Part shown: positions 16,857 to 27,300 of the stretch, piece by piece
How positions within the stretch are numbered: position 1 is the first letter of the stretch
Layout: each line of letters opens with the position of its first letter
IMG/VR virus record: IMGVR_UViG_3300051213_000295
Span: 1 to 28,622 of that record
Source: a virus
Taxonomy: Duplodnaviria; Caudoviricetes
Reading direction: 5' to 3' (one strand)
DNA: 28,622 nucleotides
Translations under genes and position numbers: made by a program
Notes under the pieces: model-generated
What the model saw: the letters and a program-made list of their open reading frames with translations, nothing else
The model's database searches: none
Told to the model about the DNA's origin: nothing

Positions 16857-19800
16857 ATGTCATTAGTAGACTTAAAATCTGATTTATCTAAATATAGAAG
16901 CGAGGTTTCAAAGGAAGGCAAAAGCAGTCCAGAAGCATCGTCTGCTACCAATGACAAAAACTTTGCCACACAACAACCTATCACCGATGGTCTCTATAAA
17001 GAGATTCCAAATGTAAAAAAACCAAAAGTTGTAAATTTAACAAGTCAACTTGGTAAAACAAAACTCGATGATATAAAACAGCCAAAGGTTACTGATGTAA
17101 CTAGAAGACTTGGTTCAACCGAATTAGATAATGTAAAAAAACCAAAGAATACTGATTTAGTTGGTAAATTAGAATCTTCAAAATTGGATGACATTGTTAT
17201 ACCATCCGATAAGAGAATAAAATTAGAAGATAGATTGTCTTCAACTAAGTTAGACGATATAGTACAAAATCCAGTTGAAAGTTTGTTGATAAATAGTTTA
17301 TCAGAACTATCACCATCTATCAGTGATTCTAGATTGCCATTGGCATCTGGAGTTGGTTTGGATCAGATAGAATCAAGATTTTCAAATATATCACAAACTA
17401 GATTTGAAAGTAGACTATCGGAATCAGACACTCCAATCAGTAGAACAAATCCTGGACAAAACAATAACAGATCCGATACAGAAGTTAATAGATCACAACA
17501 AACTTTTGAAAGACAAGATAGTTCTCCAAATATATCAAGAAATATAAATGATGCAGTTGATAACGTAACAAATCCAGAAATTGGAATAAATGTTCCTGCA
17601 CAATCTTTTAATAGAGAAGACCAGGTGGTTGCTATAAATAAAAATATATTATCACCTATTGGTAATATATCAAATCCACAGATAGTAATAACTCGTCCTG
17701 AACAATTTTTTGATAGAACAAAAAATACAGTTAACATATCAAAGAATGTTAATGATGCATCAGATAATATAATAGTTCCAGATATTGAACCAATCATACC
17801 ACCTTTGAGTTTTAGTAGAATAGAACAATCTCCTAATATAATAACAGATACTATAAAAGAAGGTATTGTTGTAAATCCTGATACAAACATTTTGAGAATG
17901 GATCAAGGAACGATTCATACTAATGATGGCAGTGAACTTAATATAGATTACACTCCTATAAAATTTGTTGGTACATCCGAATTGGAAAGATTATTTGAGT
18001 CGGATGATAAAGGACCAATCAGATATTCAGGACAAACAATACACGATATAGATACAAGTAGATTAAATTTGGATGGTATAACACCAACATTTCCTAGTGG
18101 AAGACATGAAAATCCAGAGGATTCTTTTTATTCTTCTGTTGGTTTACAAGAGGTAAATTTCTTTTCAAATCAATTTGCAATAGGATTTAATCAAAGACAA
18201 CAACTCGGTGATAGCAAGTATATTGGATTCTCTCAATTTACATGGACTGGCGGTTCTGACGATGGTCCATTTACAAATGCATTTGCAGATACAAATGGTA
18301 GAGGGTTTCAAACATTTGTTGATCCTGCTGAAAGTTTGTATCAACAAAATACATCAAAATTTGATTTCACCAAAATAACTGGTGTAAATTACTTTGATGG
18401 TAACAACAATAATACTATCGGTGGATTTACCATATTTGCACAACCACAGATAACAGACTACAAGACTGAAACATCATTTTTAGGTTGGCAAGGAAACAGA
18501 TTAGGTGCACCTACTGTAAATTATTTCGATAATATATCTCTAAATACAACATCTGGATTTACAAAGTTTGCAGCTCAAGGGCAATCTAAATATGTTGCAG
18601 ATTCTTCTATATTTGACTATGATGGTAATAAACAACAGGCACCCGCAGTAAACTATTTTGATCAAGCCGGTACGGTATCTACAAATGGGTTCCATACTTT
18701 TGCAGGATTCATGGATTCAAAATATGTTCAAGATGCTTCTCGTTTTGTTTTTCTTGGAAATTCCACTGAAAACGCACCGTCTGTGAATTATCTAGATCAA
18801 TTTAAGCAATTCACATCTGATGGATTCCACCCATTTGCACAAAAATTTGATACGAAATACATAAAAAATTCATCGGAATTTGTTTGGGATGGTGTCAAGG
18901 CAGATGCACCTGCAGTTAATTACTTTGATTTACAATCTACTAACACTAGTATTGGGTTCCATACTTTTGCTCCCTTATACGAATCAGTTTACAATCCAGA
19001 TACATCCAGATTCACATGGGTAGGAACAAGAGAAGATGCTCCATTTGTTAATTACATAGATTTGACAGTAAAAAATGCTACATCAGGATTTGACATATTT
19101 GTACCATATTTGGAATCCAAATACATAAAGGAATCTTCAAACTATACATGGAATGCAGTTAGACAAGATTCACCCGCAGTGAATTACCTTGATATAGAAA
19201 AACAGTTCACTAATATAGGATTCCATACATTTTCTGCATTAAGTGATTCAAAGTATATTCCAGATGCTTCAAGATTTGATTTCGATGGAAACAAACAACA
19301 GGCACCTGCTGTAAACTATTTTGATTTATTAAATAGATTTACAACCACTGGATTCCATACATTCCCTATATTCAAAGAATCCAAATATATCAAGGATTCT
19401 TCCGAATTTGATTGGGATGGTAGTAGAGTGAATGCACCTGCTATAAATTATTTTGATTTACAATCCACACATACCAATACAGGTTTCCATACATTTGCAT
19501 TGGAATATGATTCAAAGTATATCAAAGAATCATCCAGATTTGATTGGGATGGTGGTAGAAGAAGTGCACCTGCTGTAAACTATTTTGATTTACCTGGCAG
19601 TTTTACAAAAACAGGATTCCATACTTTTGCACAAATCCGTGATACCAAATACATACCAGAATCTTCTGAATTTGATTGGGATGGTGCTAGAAATAAATCA
19701 CCAGAAGTAAACTTCTTTGATTTGAATAAGAAAGTTACAACTGCTGGTTTCCATAGACTTGCTGATGTTTACGATACAAAATATGTTGAAGAAGCTTCCA

Positions 19801-22800
19801 TATTCGATTGGGATGGTACTCGTGATGAATCACCACAAGTTAATTATTTCGATTTAAGAGGAAAGTTTACAAGTATCGGATTCCATAGACTTGCTGAAAT
19901 ATATGATAGTAAATATGTAAAGGATTCATCTGAGTTCACTTTTGTTGGAAAATTCCCAAATACTGGAACAGATTATTTTGATAAAGAGAAACTTAATCAA
20001 ACTGGATTTACATTAAATATACAACCAAAGGGAACAGGAAAACCTGCAGCAACAGAGTATTTCCACGAGAGTTCTTTCTATACATTCAAAGGTGGTCGTC
20101 CTGGTAATCCATTAGAATCAGTAATTGATTTCTTTCAGAATGCAAATCAGACTGGTTTCACTATGGATATTAAGAGAAACGAAGGTTTACCACAAACTGA
20201 ATATGCAACCGAATCTTCTGTATTTGTATTCCAAGGAAGTAGACCTGGATTTCAGAGTTTCTTTCCAGATGATAACCAAACTGGTTTCACTTTGGATATT
20301 ATGGCAAAAGGAAGTAGTCGTCCTGGAACCGAATACGATACAAATTCATCTGATTACGGATTTAGGGCAAATAGAAGACCTCCATTATTAAACTATTTTC
20401 CAGATGATAACCAAACTGGTTTTACATTAGATATTATGCCAAAGGGTTCTGGTAACCCTCAAACCGAATATGTAAATGAATCATCGAGATTTGGTTTTAT
20501 TGGATTAAGACCCGTTGGTGTAAACTATTTTCCAGATGATAACCAAACCGGCTTTACCATTGATACAATGCGTAAAGGTAGTAGCAGACCATTAACAGAA
20601 TACTCAAAAGAAACTTCTCAATTCGATTGGAATGGTACAAGACTAAGTGCTCCAAGTAACAATTATTTTGGATTATACAGAACACCAACTGGAAAAGATT
20701 ACATTGATGTTCAACAGAAAAATAATACAACACAGGCAGGTAGAGGTTTCCAAACATTCTATACAGATAAAACTGTAACGAATTATGCTCCTGGATATTC
20801 AATACTATCCACTGAAAGTGGTACTAATAAAATACGTTCATTGGATAAACCTGTAACAAATTTCTTTGGATTCACACCAACACAAAGAGCGGGTTTCTTA
20901 CCAAAGATGACTTTGAGCGATGGAACTTTATATCCAATAATAAACCCAACACTCACTTACAATTTAGATGAAGGTGGAAGACTTGGTGTTGCAACAAGTC
21001 GTGCATCTGGTGGTGTAAATACAATTAAAGGTGATGAATTTGCACCATTGTCTCTAGGAAAACGTCCGTGGGCACAAAGAGGAACTCTTGCTTCATTAGA
21101 AAATCAAGTTCCAAATATAACATTGAACGATACATATGGACAGTACAGAACAACATTAACAAAAGCAGCTGGTGCATATAATAAGAAATATGAAAGAACG
21201 ATGAAAGATACTGCAAAAAAAGGAAGTTATCTTGCATCATACTCTGAAAATGGCGGTCAATTATCTATACAATATAAAAAATTACAATTAACACCTGACT
21301 CTTATCAAGGAAGTTCTTTGAGAATTGATCCATTTGTGTTGAGAGGTATTCAAGTAAAAGATTCTATACAAAATACATTATGGGGTGGTATAGATGTTTC
21401 AGAGGGATCATCTGTACGATTCTCCGGTGGTGGAGGATTCTCAGATCAATTCTCAGAAATTAACAAAGCTGATGTAAAAAGAATAGAGTCTTGGTTGGAA
21501 ACACCAAAGGGTCAAAGATGGATTGAATTGCAAAATAGATTATATGATACAAACCCACTGGTAGATACATTAAATGAATGGGAAAATCCTGGTTCTTTGA
21601 CTGCACCGCTTCAAAGAACTCGATTGTACAATGCGGATTCACTTATATCATCAATATCTGATAACACTGAAAGAAACAGACCTTTACGATTACGTCATGG
21701 AACTGTTTTAGATTCTGGTGTTGCAAATGGGGAATCATATGATGCATATGAAGATGTAGTTAAGAAAATGAATCCAGGTACAACCGCCGATAAACAAAGT
21801 GTTATGTCATTTCCGAGAAAATCAAAGAACGGTGGTGGTTATACAATAAATGAATTACAATCTGCAAAAAATGTATATTCTGTGTATAAGTATAATAGAT
21901 TGATTGCATTGATGGCGGAATTGAAACCATCTGCATTCATTCCTATAAACAGTAATCTTCCGGATGCTATTGCAACTATTTCACGTAATCCAATATCTGG
22001 AAAGATTTATAGATTGAGTGGTAAAGGTGGACCGAACTCTGGAACAGATAAGAACAAAGAAACTGTGATAAATAGAGCAAGTCATCCGTTTATGACTTAC
22101 TACAATACATCAGGTGTTCTTCCTGAAACTTATCCTGGAACTTCTCGATTTGAAACTTGGTTTGGACCAAAAACAAAAATAGAATCCGATACAGAAGTTG
22201 ATAATACATATAGTGGACAGATGAACAAGGTTTATGCAGATTCCGGAAATACATTTGATGGTTTAATAACCGCATTGTCTTATCTATTGAGTGGATCTAA
22301 ATTCACAGGAAAAGAGTCTGTTCAGTATCCAGGTGGTGAAACTACTCCACAGAATAGTGCATTCGTTCAACCAAAAGTTTACAATCTATTAAAGAAGAAG
22401 AAAACATTTGATCCACAATACGTTTCTGTGTTGGATAGAAGTCGTGCTAATATAGCAGGTGATATTGATGGAACTGGATTGCAGTCTGCATTCCCAAGTG
22501 AAACAACAAGTATAATTGCGGAACCGCCTGCCGGCAAGGACGATGCTATTGCAAATCCAATAAAGCAGTATTCTACTATTGCATATGGTAAACTTAAAAA
22601 AGTTCCGAGAGGAGATGCAAACCGTTCAAGTGACTATAACGATTTCCGTTCTGATATTGAAGGTGATAAATATAAAAAGTTCTCAACGGATCCTTCCATC
22701 ATAGATTACAAATCAAACAATCTTGAAACCAAATTTGGATTTGGAAAACAAGGAAAGGCCGGTGTAGACAGAAGTAAACCATATAAAACTAATGTAAAGT

Positions 22801-23939
22801 ATTCAGGTGGAAAAGCTGTAAAGAAACAAGGTGATGGGTACGAATTTAGAGGTGACAGAATAAACATCATAGATTACAAACGTCAAGTATCTGGTAGAAT
22901 AACAGAAGATTTTGTTTATGAAACAGGTGCAAATTCAAATAATGATTTGCCAGGATCAAAAGACTTAATAACTTTCTACTTTACAACTGCTAGATTGGAT
23001 GGTGTTGGTGCTGCTGCTAGTGGTCAAGCGGCAGAGGCAATAGTATTTAGAGCTGCGTTTGATAGTATAACTGACAACCACAAACCAAGTTGGAGTCCTC
23101 AAATGTATATGGGTAGAGGTGATCCAATTTATTTATTCGGTTCATACGAAAGAGATGTAAGTTTCGGATTCACCGTTCATATTGGATCAAGAGATGAACT
23201 CGCGGCCACATGGCGTAAATTAAATTATCTTGCATCATGGACTGCTCCTGATTATAGAGGAGGAAGACTTCGTGCACCTATATGCCGTTTGAACATAGGA
23301 CACTTGTTTAGAAAGACACCAGGATTTATTAACTCATTGACCTATACATTTGATAATGCGGGATCAACATGGGAGACTGCACAATTAGCGGAGGATAAAA
23401 ACTATAACAATGAGGAAGTAAAACCAGGAGCATTACAACTACCAAAAACAATTCAAGTTGCGGTTGGATTCACAGTTATAGGAACCTATCGTCCAGAATT
23501 TGGTGGTATAATGTATAGTCTTTATGATGATTCGGGTGATGGTTTAATGCCTACTATTGCATCAAATGATTCTAATGTAAATTACTTCCGAACAGAAGAT
23601 ACAGACGCTAAGGCCGATTATGATCCAGCGGCTACTGATGTTGTTAAGGATTTTGATAGTTTTGAAAAGTCTAAGGAAGAAAGAGATTCTGAAGCGGCCG
23701 CTCTTAAAGCAGCTGGATTAAAGACGGAAGAAAAAGAAATAGATGATATTGATCCTGCAACTGGAAAACCAATTAAAACAAAAGTTACTGTTGTTGTAAA
23801 TGAAAATCCAAGTCCTAATGAAAAGTTACAAAAACAACAGGAGGAGGCAGATGCGAAAGCTGCACAAGATAATGCAAACGAAGGTGGAACTGGTGGTGGA
23901 ACTGGTGGTGGAACTGGTGGTGGAATGGGTGGCGGTTAA
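16857..23939 (+). CDS. Giant multi-repeat protein with a C-terminal tube-initiator/baseplate (gp48/gp54-like) domain
   Basis: 2360 aa. The C-terminal IVFRAAFDSITDNHKPSW...YMGRGDPIYLFGSYERDVSFGFTV...RLNIGHLF...PGFINSLTYTF...LPK.IQVAVGFTVI resembles tube-fold baseplate proteins; lies between the tape measure and the LysM-like gene. Confidence 0.7.
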   Translation: MSLVDLKSDLSKYRSEVSKEGKSSPEASSATNDKNFATQQPITDGLYKEIPNVKKPKVVNLTSQLGKTKLDDIKQPKVTDVTRRLGSTELDNVKKPKNTDLVGKLESSKLDDIVIPSDKRIKLEDRLSSTKLDDIVQNPVESLLINSLSELSPSISDSRLPLASGVGLDQIESRFSNISQTRFESRLSESDTPISRTNPGQNNNRSDTEVNRSQQTFERQDSSPNISRNINDAVDNVTNPEIGINVPAQSFNREDQVVAINKNILSPIGNISNPQIVITRPEQFFDRTKNTVNISKNVNDASDNIIVPDIEPIIPPLSFSRIEQSPNIITDTIKEGIVVNPDTNILRMDQGTIHTNDGSELNIDYTPIKFVGTSELERLFESDDKGPIRYSGQTIHDIDTSRLNLDGITPTFPSGRHENPEDSFYSSVGLQEVNFFSNQFAIGFNQRQQLGDSKYIGFSQFTWTGGSDDGPFTNAFADTNGRGFQTFVDPAESLYQQNTSKFDFTKITGVNYFDGNNNNTIGGFTIFAQPQITDYKTETSFLGWQGNRLGAPTVNYFDNISLNTTSGFTKFAAQGQSKYVADSSIFDYDGNKQQAPAVNYFDQAGTVSTNGFHTFAGFMDSKYVQDASRFVFLGNSTENAPSVNYLDQFKQFTSDGFHPFAQKFDTKYIKNSSEFVWDGVKADAPAVNYFDLQSTNTSIGFHTFAPLYESVYNPDTSRFTWVGTREDAPFVNYIDLTVKNATSGFDIFVPYLESKYIKESSNYTWNAVRQDSPAVNYLDIEKQFTNIGFHTFSALSDSKYIPDASRFDFDGNKQQAPAVNYFDLLNRFTTTGFHTFPIFKESKYIKDSSEFDWDGSRVNAPAINYFDLQSTHTNTGFHTFALEYDSKYIKESSRFDWDGGRRSAPAVNYFDLPGSFTKTGFHTFAQIRDTKYIPESSEFDWDGARNKSPEVNFFDLNKKVTTAGFHRLADVYDTKYVEEASIFDWDGTRDESPQVNYFDLRGKFTSIGFHRLAEIYDSKYVKDSSEFTFVGKFPNTGTDYFDKEKLNQTGFTLNIQPKGTGKPAATEYFHESSFYTFKGGRPGNPLESVIDFFQNANQTGFTMDIKRNEGLPQTEYATESSVFVFQGSRPGFQSFFPDDNQTGFTLDIMAKGSSRPGTEYDTNSSDYGFRANRRPPLLNYFPDDNQTGFTLDIMPKGSGNPQTEYVNESSRFGFIGLRPVGVNYFPDDNQTGFTIDTMRKGSSRPLTEYSKETSQFDWNGTRLSAPSNNYFGLYRTPTGKDYIDVQQKNNTTQAGRGFQTFYTDKTVTNYAPGYSILSTESGTNKIRSLDKPVTNFFGFTPTQRAGFLPKMTLSDGTLYPIINPTLTYNLDEGGRLGVATSRASGGVNTIKGDEFAPLSLGKRPWAQRGTLASLENQVPNITLNDTYGQYRTTLTKAAGAYNKKYERTMKDTAKKGSYLASYSENGGQLSIQYKKLQLTPDSYQGSSLRIDPFVLRGIQVKDSIQNTLWGGIDVSEGSSVRFSGGGGFSDQFSEINKADVKRIESWLETPKGQRWIELQNRLYDTNPLVDTLNEWENPGSLTAPLQRTRLYNADSLISSISDNTERNRPLRLRHGTVLDSGVANGESYDAYEDVVKKMNPGTTADKQSVMSFPRKSKNGGGYTINELQSAKNVYSVYKYNRLIALMAELKPSAFIPINSNLPDAIATISRNPISGKIYRLSGKGGPNSGTDKNKETVINRASHPFMTYYNTSGVLPETYPGTSRFETWFGPKTKIESDTEVDNTYSGQMNKVYADSGNTFDGLITALSYLLSGSKFTGKESVQYPGGETTPQNSAFVQPKVYNLLKKKKTFDPQYVSVLDRSRANIAGDIDGTGLQSAFPSETTSIIAEPPAGKDDAIANPIKQYSTIAYGKLKKVPRGDANRSSDYNDFRSDIEGDKYKKFSTDPSIIDYKSNNLETKFGFGKQGKAGVDRSKPYKTNVKYSGGKAVKKQGDGYEFRGDRINIIDYKRQVSGRITEDFVYETGANSNNDLPGSKDLITFYFTTARLDGVGAAASGQAAEAIVFRAAFDSITDNHKPSWSPQMYMGRGDPIYLFGSYERDVSFGFTVHIGSRDELAATWRKLNYLASWTAPDYRGGRLRAPICRLNIGHLFRKTPGFINSLTYTFDNAGSTWETAQLAEDKNYNNEEVKPGALQLPKTIQVAVGFTVIGTYRPEFGGIMYSLYDDSGDGLMPTIASNDSNVNYFRTEDTDAKADYDPAATDVVKDFDSFEKSKEERDSEAAALKAAGLKTEEKEIDDIDPATGKPIKTKVTVVVNENPSPNEKLQKQQEEADAKAAQDNANEGGTGGGTGGGTGGGMGGG
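17013..17273 (+). repeat. Four ~20-aa repeats (KxPKxxDLxxxLxxTKLDDI)
   Basis: 60-nt period at 17013, 17073 and 17133; fourth copy slightly longer. Confidence 0.85.
17475..17890 (+). repeat. About four 34-aa repeats (NPxIxIxxPxQxFxRxxxxxxIxKNxxxxxxNI)
   Basis: NP at 17571 and 17673 (102-nt period); flanking copies share F.R and NI. Confidence 0.75.
18150..20800 (+). repeat. Array of about 20 aromatic-rich ~44-aa repeats in two subtypes
   Basis: Type A (APAVNYFD...GFHTFA...DSKYI..SS.FDWDG): 11 regular copies 18507-19961, with exact 132-nt spacing at 19302, 19434, 19566. Type B (NYFPDDNQTGFTLD...P.TEY...SS.F.F.G.RP): about 5 copies 19962-20648. Degenerate copies on both flanks. Confidence 0.92.
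23883..23924 (+). repeat. Perfect 12-nt tandem repeat encoding a (GGTG)n tail
   Basis: GGTGGAACTGGT x3.5 at the end of the 2360-aa CDS. Confidence 0.9.
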
Positions 23940-23960
23940 TTGAAAATTCGTTTTTTGTTT

Positions 23961-23968
23961 ATATTTAT
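23961..23968 (+). promoter_or_regulatory. Putative phage late promoter ATATTTAT
   Basis: Ends 34 nt before ATG 24003. Confidence 0.6.
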
Positions 23969-24002
23969 TGGTATGTTGTATAATTTATAGTGAATCATTT
24001 AT

Positions 24003-24338
24003 ATGCCAAATAGATATGAAGAATGTGATACCATCACTCGTGTTAAAAAAATAAACTCAGATGGTTCTGATAAACTTGTTAGTAGACTCTCTACTATATT
24101 TTACCCTCCCTTTTCAAACAATGAAGATGTTTATATCATTTCGCATCTTGGGGATAGACTTGATACGATAGCATATGATTATTATGGTGATCCTTCATTT
24201 TGGTTTGTGATTGCCATAGTAAACAATTTAGGCAGAGGTTCGTTGTCCGTACCACCTGGATTGGTTATACGAATACCGTATTACGATCAAGTATCTGGTA
24301 TAAGTGCACTGTTTCAACAATATAATTTTATGAGGTAA
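24003..24338 (+). CDS. LysM-like baseplate protein (T4 gp53 / P2 gpX-like)
   Basis: GDRLDTIAYDYYGDPSFWFVIAIVNNL...PPGLVIRIP. Confidence 0.85.
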   Translation: MPNRYEECDTITRVKKINSDGSDKLVSRLSTIFYPPFSNNEDVYIISHLGDRLDTIAYDYYGDPSFWFVIAIVNNLGRGSLSVPPGLVIRIPYYDQVSGISALFQQYNFMR

Positions 24339-24340
24339 TC

Positions 24341-26401
24341 ATGGCTTGGAGTATTAACGTAGATAATCCATTTCTCCGTCCTCCCGGTCCTGGAGCAGGT
24401 GAAGTTGCTGCTCGTGGTCGTGCTTATGGTCAAAAAATACGTGGACAAGAGTTAAGTTCACTCTATTGGGCTTATGGTAGGAAAACATGGGGAACTGCTG
24501 GTAACTTAACATTTCCTGCGGGTAAACAAAATGTTGATTCAACAGGACAATTAACATTATACAGTCCTAGAACTCATCTACCTCGTTTGCCATTACTAAC
24601 TGGTATAGATACTTCAAATGACGGACCAATGGGTGCCATAATAAAGGCAACTGTTAATTTTACAATATACCCATCTGTAACACAAAGCGGTATTGCTATA
24701 GAAAAATTGATGCCAGGATTTTTTAAGCCAGGATCAACAATCGCTGTTCAATTTGGCTGGACTACATGGGCTGCCGTTAAATGTGCATCAAGATTTGGTT
24801 TTAGTGGAAAAGTAACAACTTTTAGTTGGTCGGTAAACACAGATGTTTCAATCAATGCATCAACATCATTGCTATCACAAGGTGTAATTGCACTTGGTGT
24901 AACAGCAAACCTATCACAAAAATCAGCAAGTGGTCAGGCATCTGCACCAACTACAACCGCTTCTGGTACAACCACTTCTGCTGACTCCGGAACAACTAAT
25001 ACATGGGCACCACTCGATGCAAAAACTATTCAAGCATGGGGTGCTGATTTGGGAACAACGATTGATAAGGCGATGGCTCAATTAAATCCTTTACCAGCGG
25101 GAGCATCAGGATCTGCGGGAGCAACGTCAACCACACCAATTTCAACTGGAACAGGAACTGGAAAGCCAGAAGAAATATATGGAATAGCTGCATGGGATGT
25201 AAAGGATAAAACGCAAATTGATAAACTCTGGTTTGCTGCAGTTGGTATACCATGGCAACCGGATCCTCCATCCAATCAAGAAGTCACAAGTCAAGATAGA
25301 GAAAAGGTGGCAGGATTACAAGGTGGAGCCGCTGGTGCAGGAACCGGAACTGGAACCGGCACTGGTACTGGAACAGGTACTGGAACAGGCACTGGAACTG
25401 GAACAGGTACTGGAGCGGCAGGTGGTGCTCCACAAAATGCTATTGTTAAAAAATTCTGGTATGTTAATTTTGGAAGTATGGAGGACTATCTTAGTCCACT
25501 GATTGTAGCTGCTTCAAAAGGATTGATTAAACGAGTTGATATTACAAATAAAACTCTTGCACCAAAAGGAGTGTGGACTAGTGCATATCCTATGGAAGTT
25601 ATATGGGATGGTGCGAATTACGGTTCGGATCCGGTGAGTAAGTTGGGCGGGTATGGTGGAAAACCAGATTCGCCAATAGGAAAAATTTGGTTTAACTGTG
25701 ATTTTGTAAAAGAAACTTGGAGAAAGTTTTTTAATGAAAACAGTAAAGGTGATGCGGTAGAAAAAGGTTTGAGAAACTTCCTTAATACTTTATGTTCTAG
25801 AGCAAATGAAGCTTGTGGTGATTTCTGGCAGTTATCATCTACTGTTGTTGAAAAGATTTCTACTTGTGGCGGTGTAGGGACAAAAGTTTCGGTACTCGCG
25901 GTAGAAGATTTCAGTTATTGTGCAATGGTTTCAAGTTTTCCATTCAATGCATCATTCGGTAAACCTATGTTAAAAAATGTGAGTATATCTATGCAAGGTG
26001 CTTCTGGAATGAGTGCATCTGTAATGGGTGGGGGAAACCTTGATACTCCTGGTGCACCAAAAGTAACACACGGTACTGATCCTCAAAATGCCATAATAGA
26101 ACTGAAAAAAACTGTACTACAAAATGGTATAAATACAAGTTGGGGTGATGCAATGAAAGGTGCATTAAAACTTAAAAAGAAAAGTGATGCAAACCATCAT
26201 TCAAAACGAGTTATTCTTTTTCCAATAGACTTTAATGTTACAATCGATGGTTGTTCTGGTTGGGGATTCTGTGAGTCCATAAACACGAATTTGAAACCTC
26301 CTGGATATGGCGGAACTGTTTTTTCTATAACCGGTTTAAGTAATAAAATAGATGTTAGTAATTGGGAAACGAGTATCAAAGGAACGATGAGGATGCCATA
26401 A
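24341..26401 (+). CDS. Probable baseplate hub protein (gp27-like) with low-complexity inserts
   Basis: Follows the LysM-like gene; FFKPGSTIAVQFGW, GKVTTFSWS, and C-terminal FPIDFNVTIDG.SG..F...FSITGLSNKID...WETSIKG; GAGG SD. Confidence 0.6.
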   Translation: MAWSINVDNPFLRPPGPGAGEVAARGRAYGQKIRGQELSSLYWAYGRKTWGTAGNLTFPAGKQNVDSTGQLTLYSPRTHLPRLPLLTGIDTSNDGPMGAIIKATVNFTIYPSVTQSGIAIEKLMPGFFKPGSTIAVQFGWTTWAAVKCASRFGFSGKVTTFSWSVNTDVSINASTSLLSQGVIALGVTANLSQKSASGQASAPTTTASGTTTSADSGTTNTWAPLDAKTIQAWGADLGTTIDKAMAQLNPLPAGASGSAGATSTTPISTGTGTGKPEEIYGIAAWDVKDKTQIDKLWFAAVGIPWQPDPPSNQEVTSQDREKVAGLQGGAAGAGTGTGTGTGTGTGTGTGTGTGTGTGAAGGAPQNAIVKKFWYVNFGSMEDYLSPLIVAASKGLIKRVDITNKTLAPKGVWTSAYPMEVIWDGANYGSDPVSKLGGYGGKPDSPIGKIWFNCDFVKETWRKFFNENSKGDAVEKGLRNFLNTLCSRANEACGDFWQLSSTVVEKISTCGGVGTKVSVLAVEDFSYCAMVSSFPFNASFGKPMLKNVSISMQGASGMSASVMGGGNLDTPGAPKVTHGTDPQNAIIELKKTVLQNGINTSWGDAMKGALKLKKKSDANHHSKRVILFPIDFNVTIDGCSGWGFCESINTNLKPPGYGGTVFSITGLSNKIDVSNWETSIKGTMRMP
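25340..25414 (+). repeat. (Gly-Thr)12 repeat
   Basis: GGN-ACN x12 with mixed third positions. Confidence 0.92.
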
Positions 26402-27258
26402 TGATTATCAAAGATTTTAGACAAAAGTTATACTATCCGGCCGATCAAATTGTAAATAATTTATTTACAAACGGTAGGGAGTTTATGCTTTTGCGAAATT
26501 TTGAAGAATACACAGGATTTTATCATAGATATGCAACCGGTGAAGTTTTTACTGAAAATGAATGGAATCCACTCAAATCAGAGAGGTTGATACGATTTAG
26601 AGAATTTTCAGAGTCGCAGAAGAAGTATTATGATGTAAAATTATACACGAAGGTTTCACCAAACAATCCAGGTATTCGTAGAAAAAATACTAAAAATGAA
26701 CACGAGTATTATAGGTATACTGCACCAAAACCTTACAAAAGAACACTTACTCAAAAAGAAATAGATGCAGGAAAGACATATCGATATTTTGTAACAAAAA
26801 GAAATGAAAGAGAAAGAGTATTTTTTGAAATATCTCCAGAACAATCAATAGGATATGCGGATTCATATAATGGAATAAATCAATATCTGTATGAAATGGT
26901 TACTGTTTCTTGGAAAGTGGACGGTCCTGAATATGATATTTATGAAAACGGTATATTAAAGATACCTGGAGTGATTGATACTAACTTGCGCATAATAGAT
27001 AGATATTCAAAAAAATACCGTTTACTATCACAGATTTTATTAAACCCAAGAGAATTAACTGTATACGAGCAAGTAATTCCACAAAGACAGTCTACAAATT
27101 TATTGAATGATTTACAATTCAGTCAACCAGTTGAGTTGGGTGAAATACCAGAAATATACGAACCACCATCAGATGATAGCATCATTCAATCGGAGTCGAA
27201 TTCGGATTCAGATAGAGTCGGCGGATTTGGGTTTACTATTTTAGATTTGAATAAATAA
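26401..27258 (+). CDS. Hypothetical protein, last gene of the baseplate operon
   Basis: ATG 26401 overlaps the upstream TAA (TAATG); Tyr-rich, with YYP...LFTNGREF...YTGFYH and RYFVTKRNE...FFEIS. Confidence 0.7.
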   Translation: MIIKDFRQKLYYPADQIVNNLFTNGREFMLLRNFEEYTGFYHRYATGEVFTENEWNPLKSERLIRFREFSESQKKYYDVKLYTKVSPNNPGIRRKNTKNEHEYYRYTAPKPYKRTLTQKEIDAGKTYRYFVTKRNERERVFFEISPEQSIGYADSYNGINQYLYEMVTVSWKVDGPEYDIYENGILKIPGVIDTNLRIIDRYSKKYRLLSQILLNPRELTVYEQVIPQRQSTNLLNDLQFSQPVELGEIPEIYEPPSDDSIIQSESNSDSDRVGGFGFTILDLNK

Positions 27259-27268
27259 TTGAAATACA

Positions 27269-27300
27269 TTTGCTAATTACAATAAAAAATGTTATATTTC
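27269..27300 (+). promoter_or_regulatory. Putative host-sigma promoter for the polymerase gene
   Basis: TTGCTA (27270-27275)-N17-TATATT (27293-27298); also readable as TTTG-N20-TATATTTC, close to the Bacteroidota TTTG-N19-21-TAnnTTTG consensus. Confidence 0.55.

Noticed and set aside
18150-20800. CRISPR array or DGR template/variable repeats
   Set aside because: Repeats are in-frame, about 132 nt, and diverge mostly synonymously across all bases; no invariant direct repeats, no adenine-specific pair noticed, and no reverse transcriptase or cas gene in the window.
8277-26401. Extracellular contractile injection system or tailocin
   Set aside because: Major capsid, neck proteins, PhoH and a polymerase are linked to the tail genes, indicating a complete phage.
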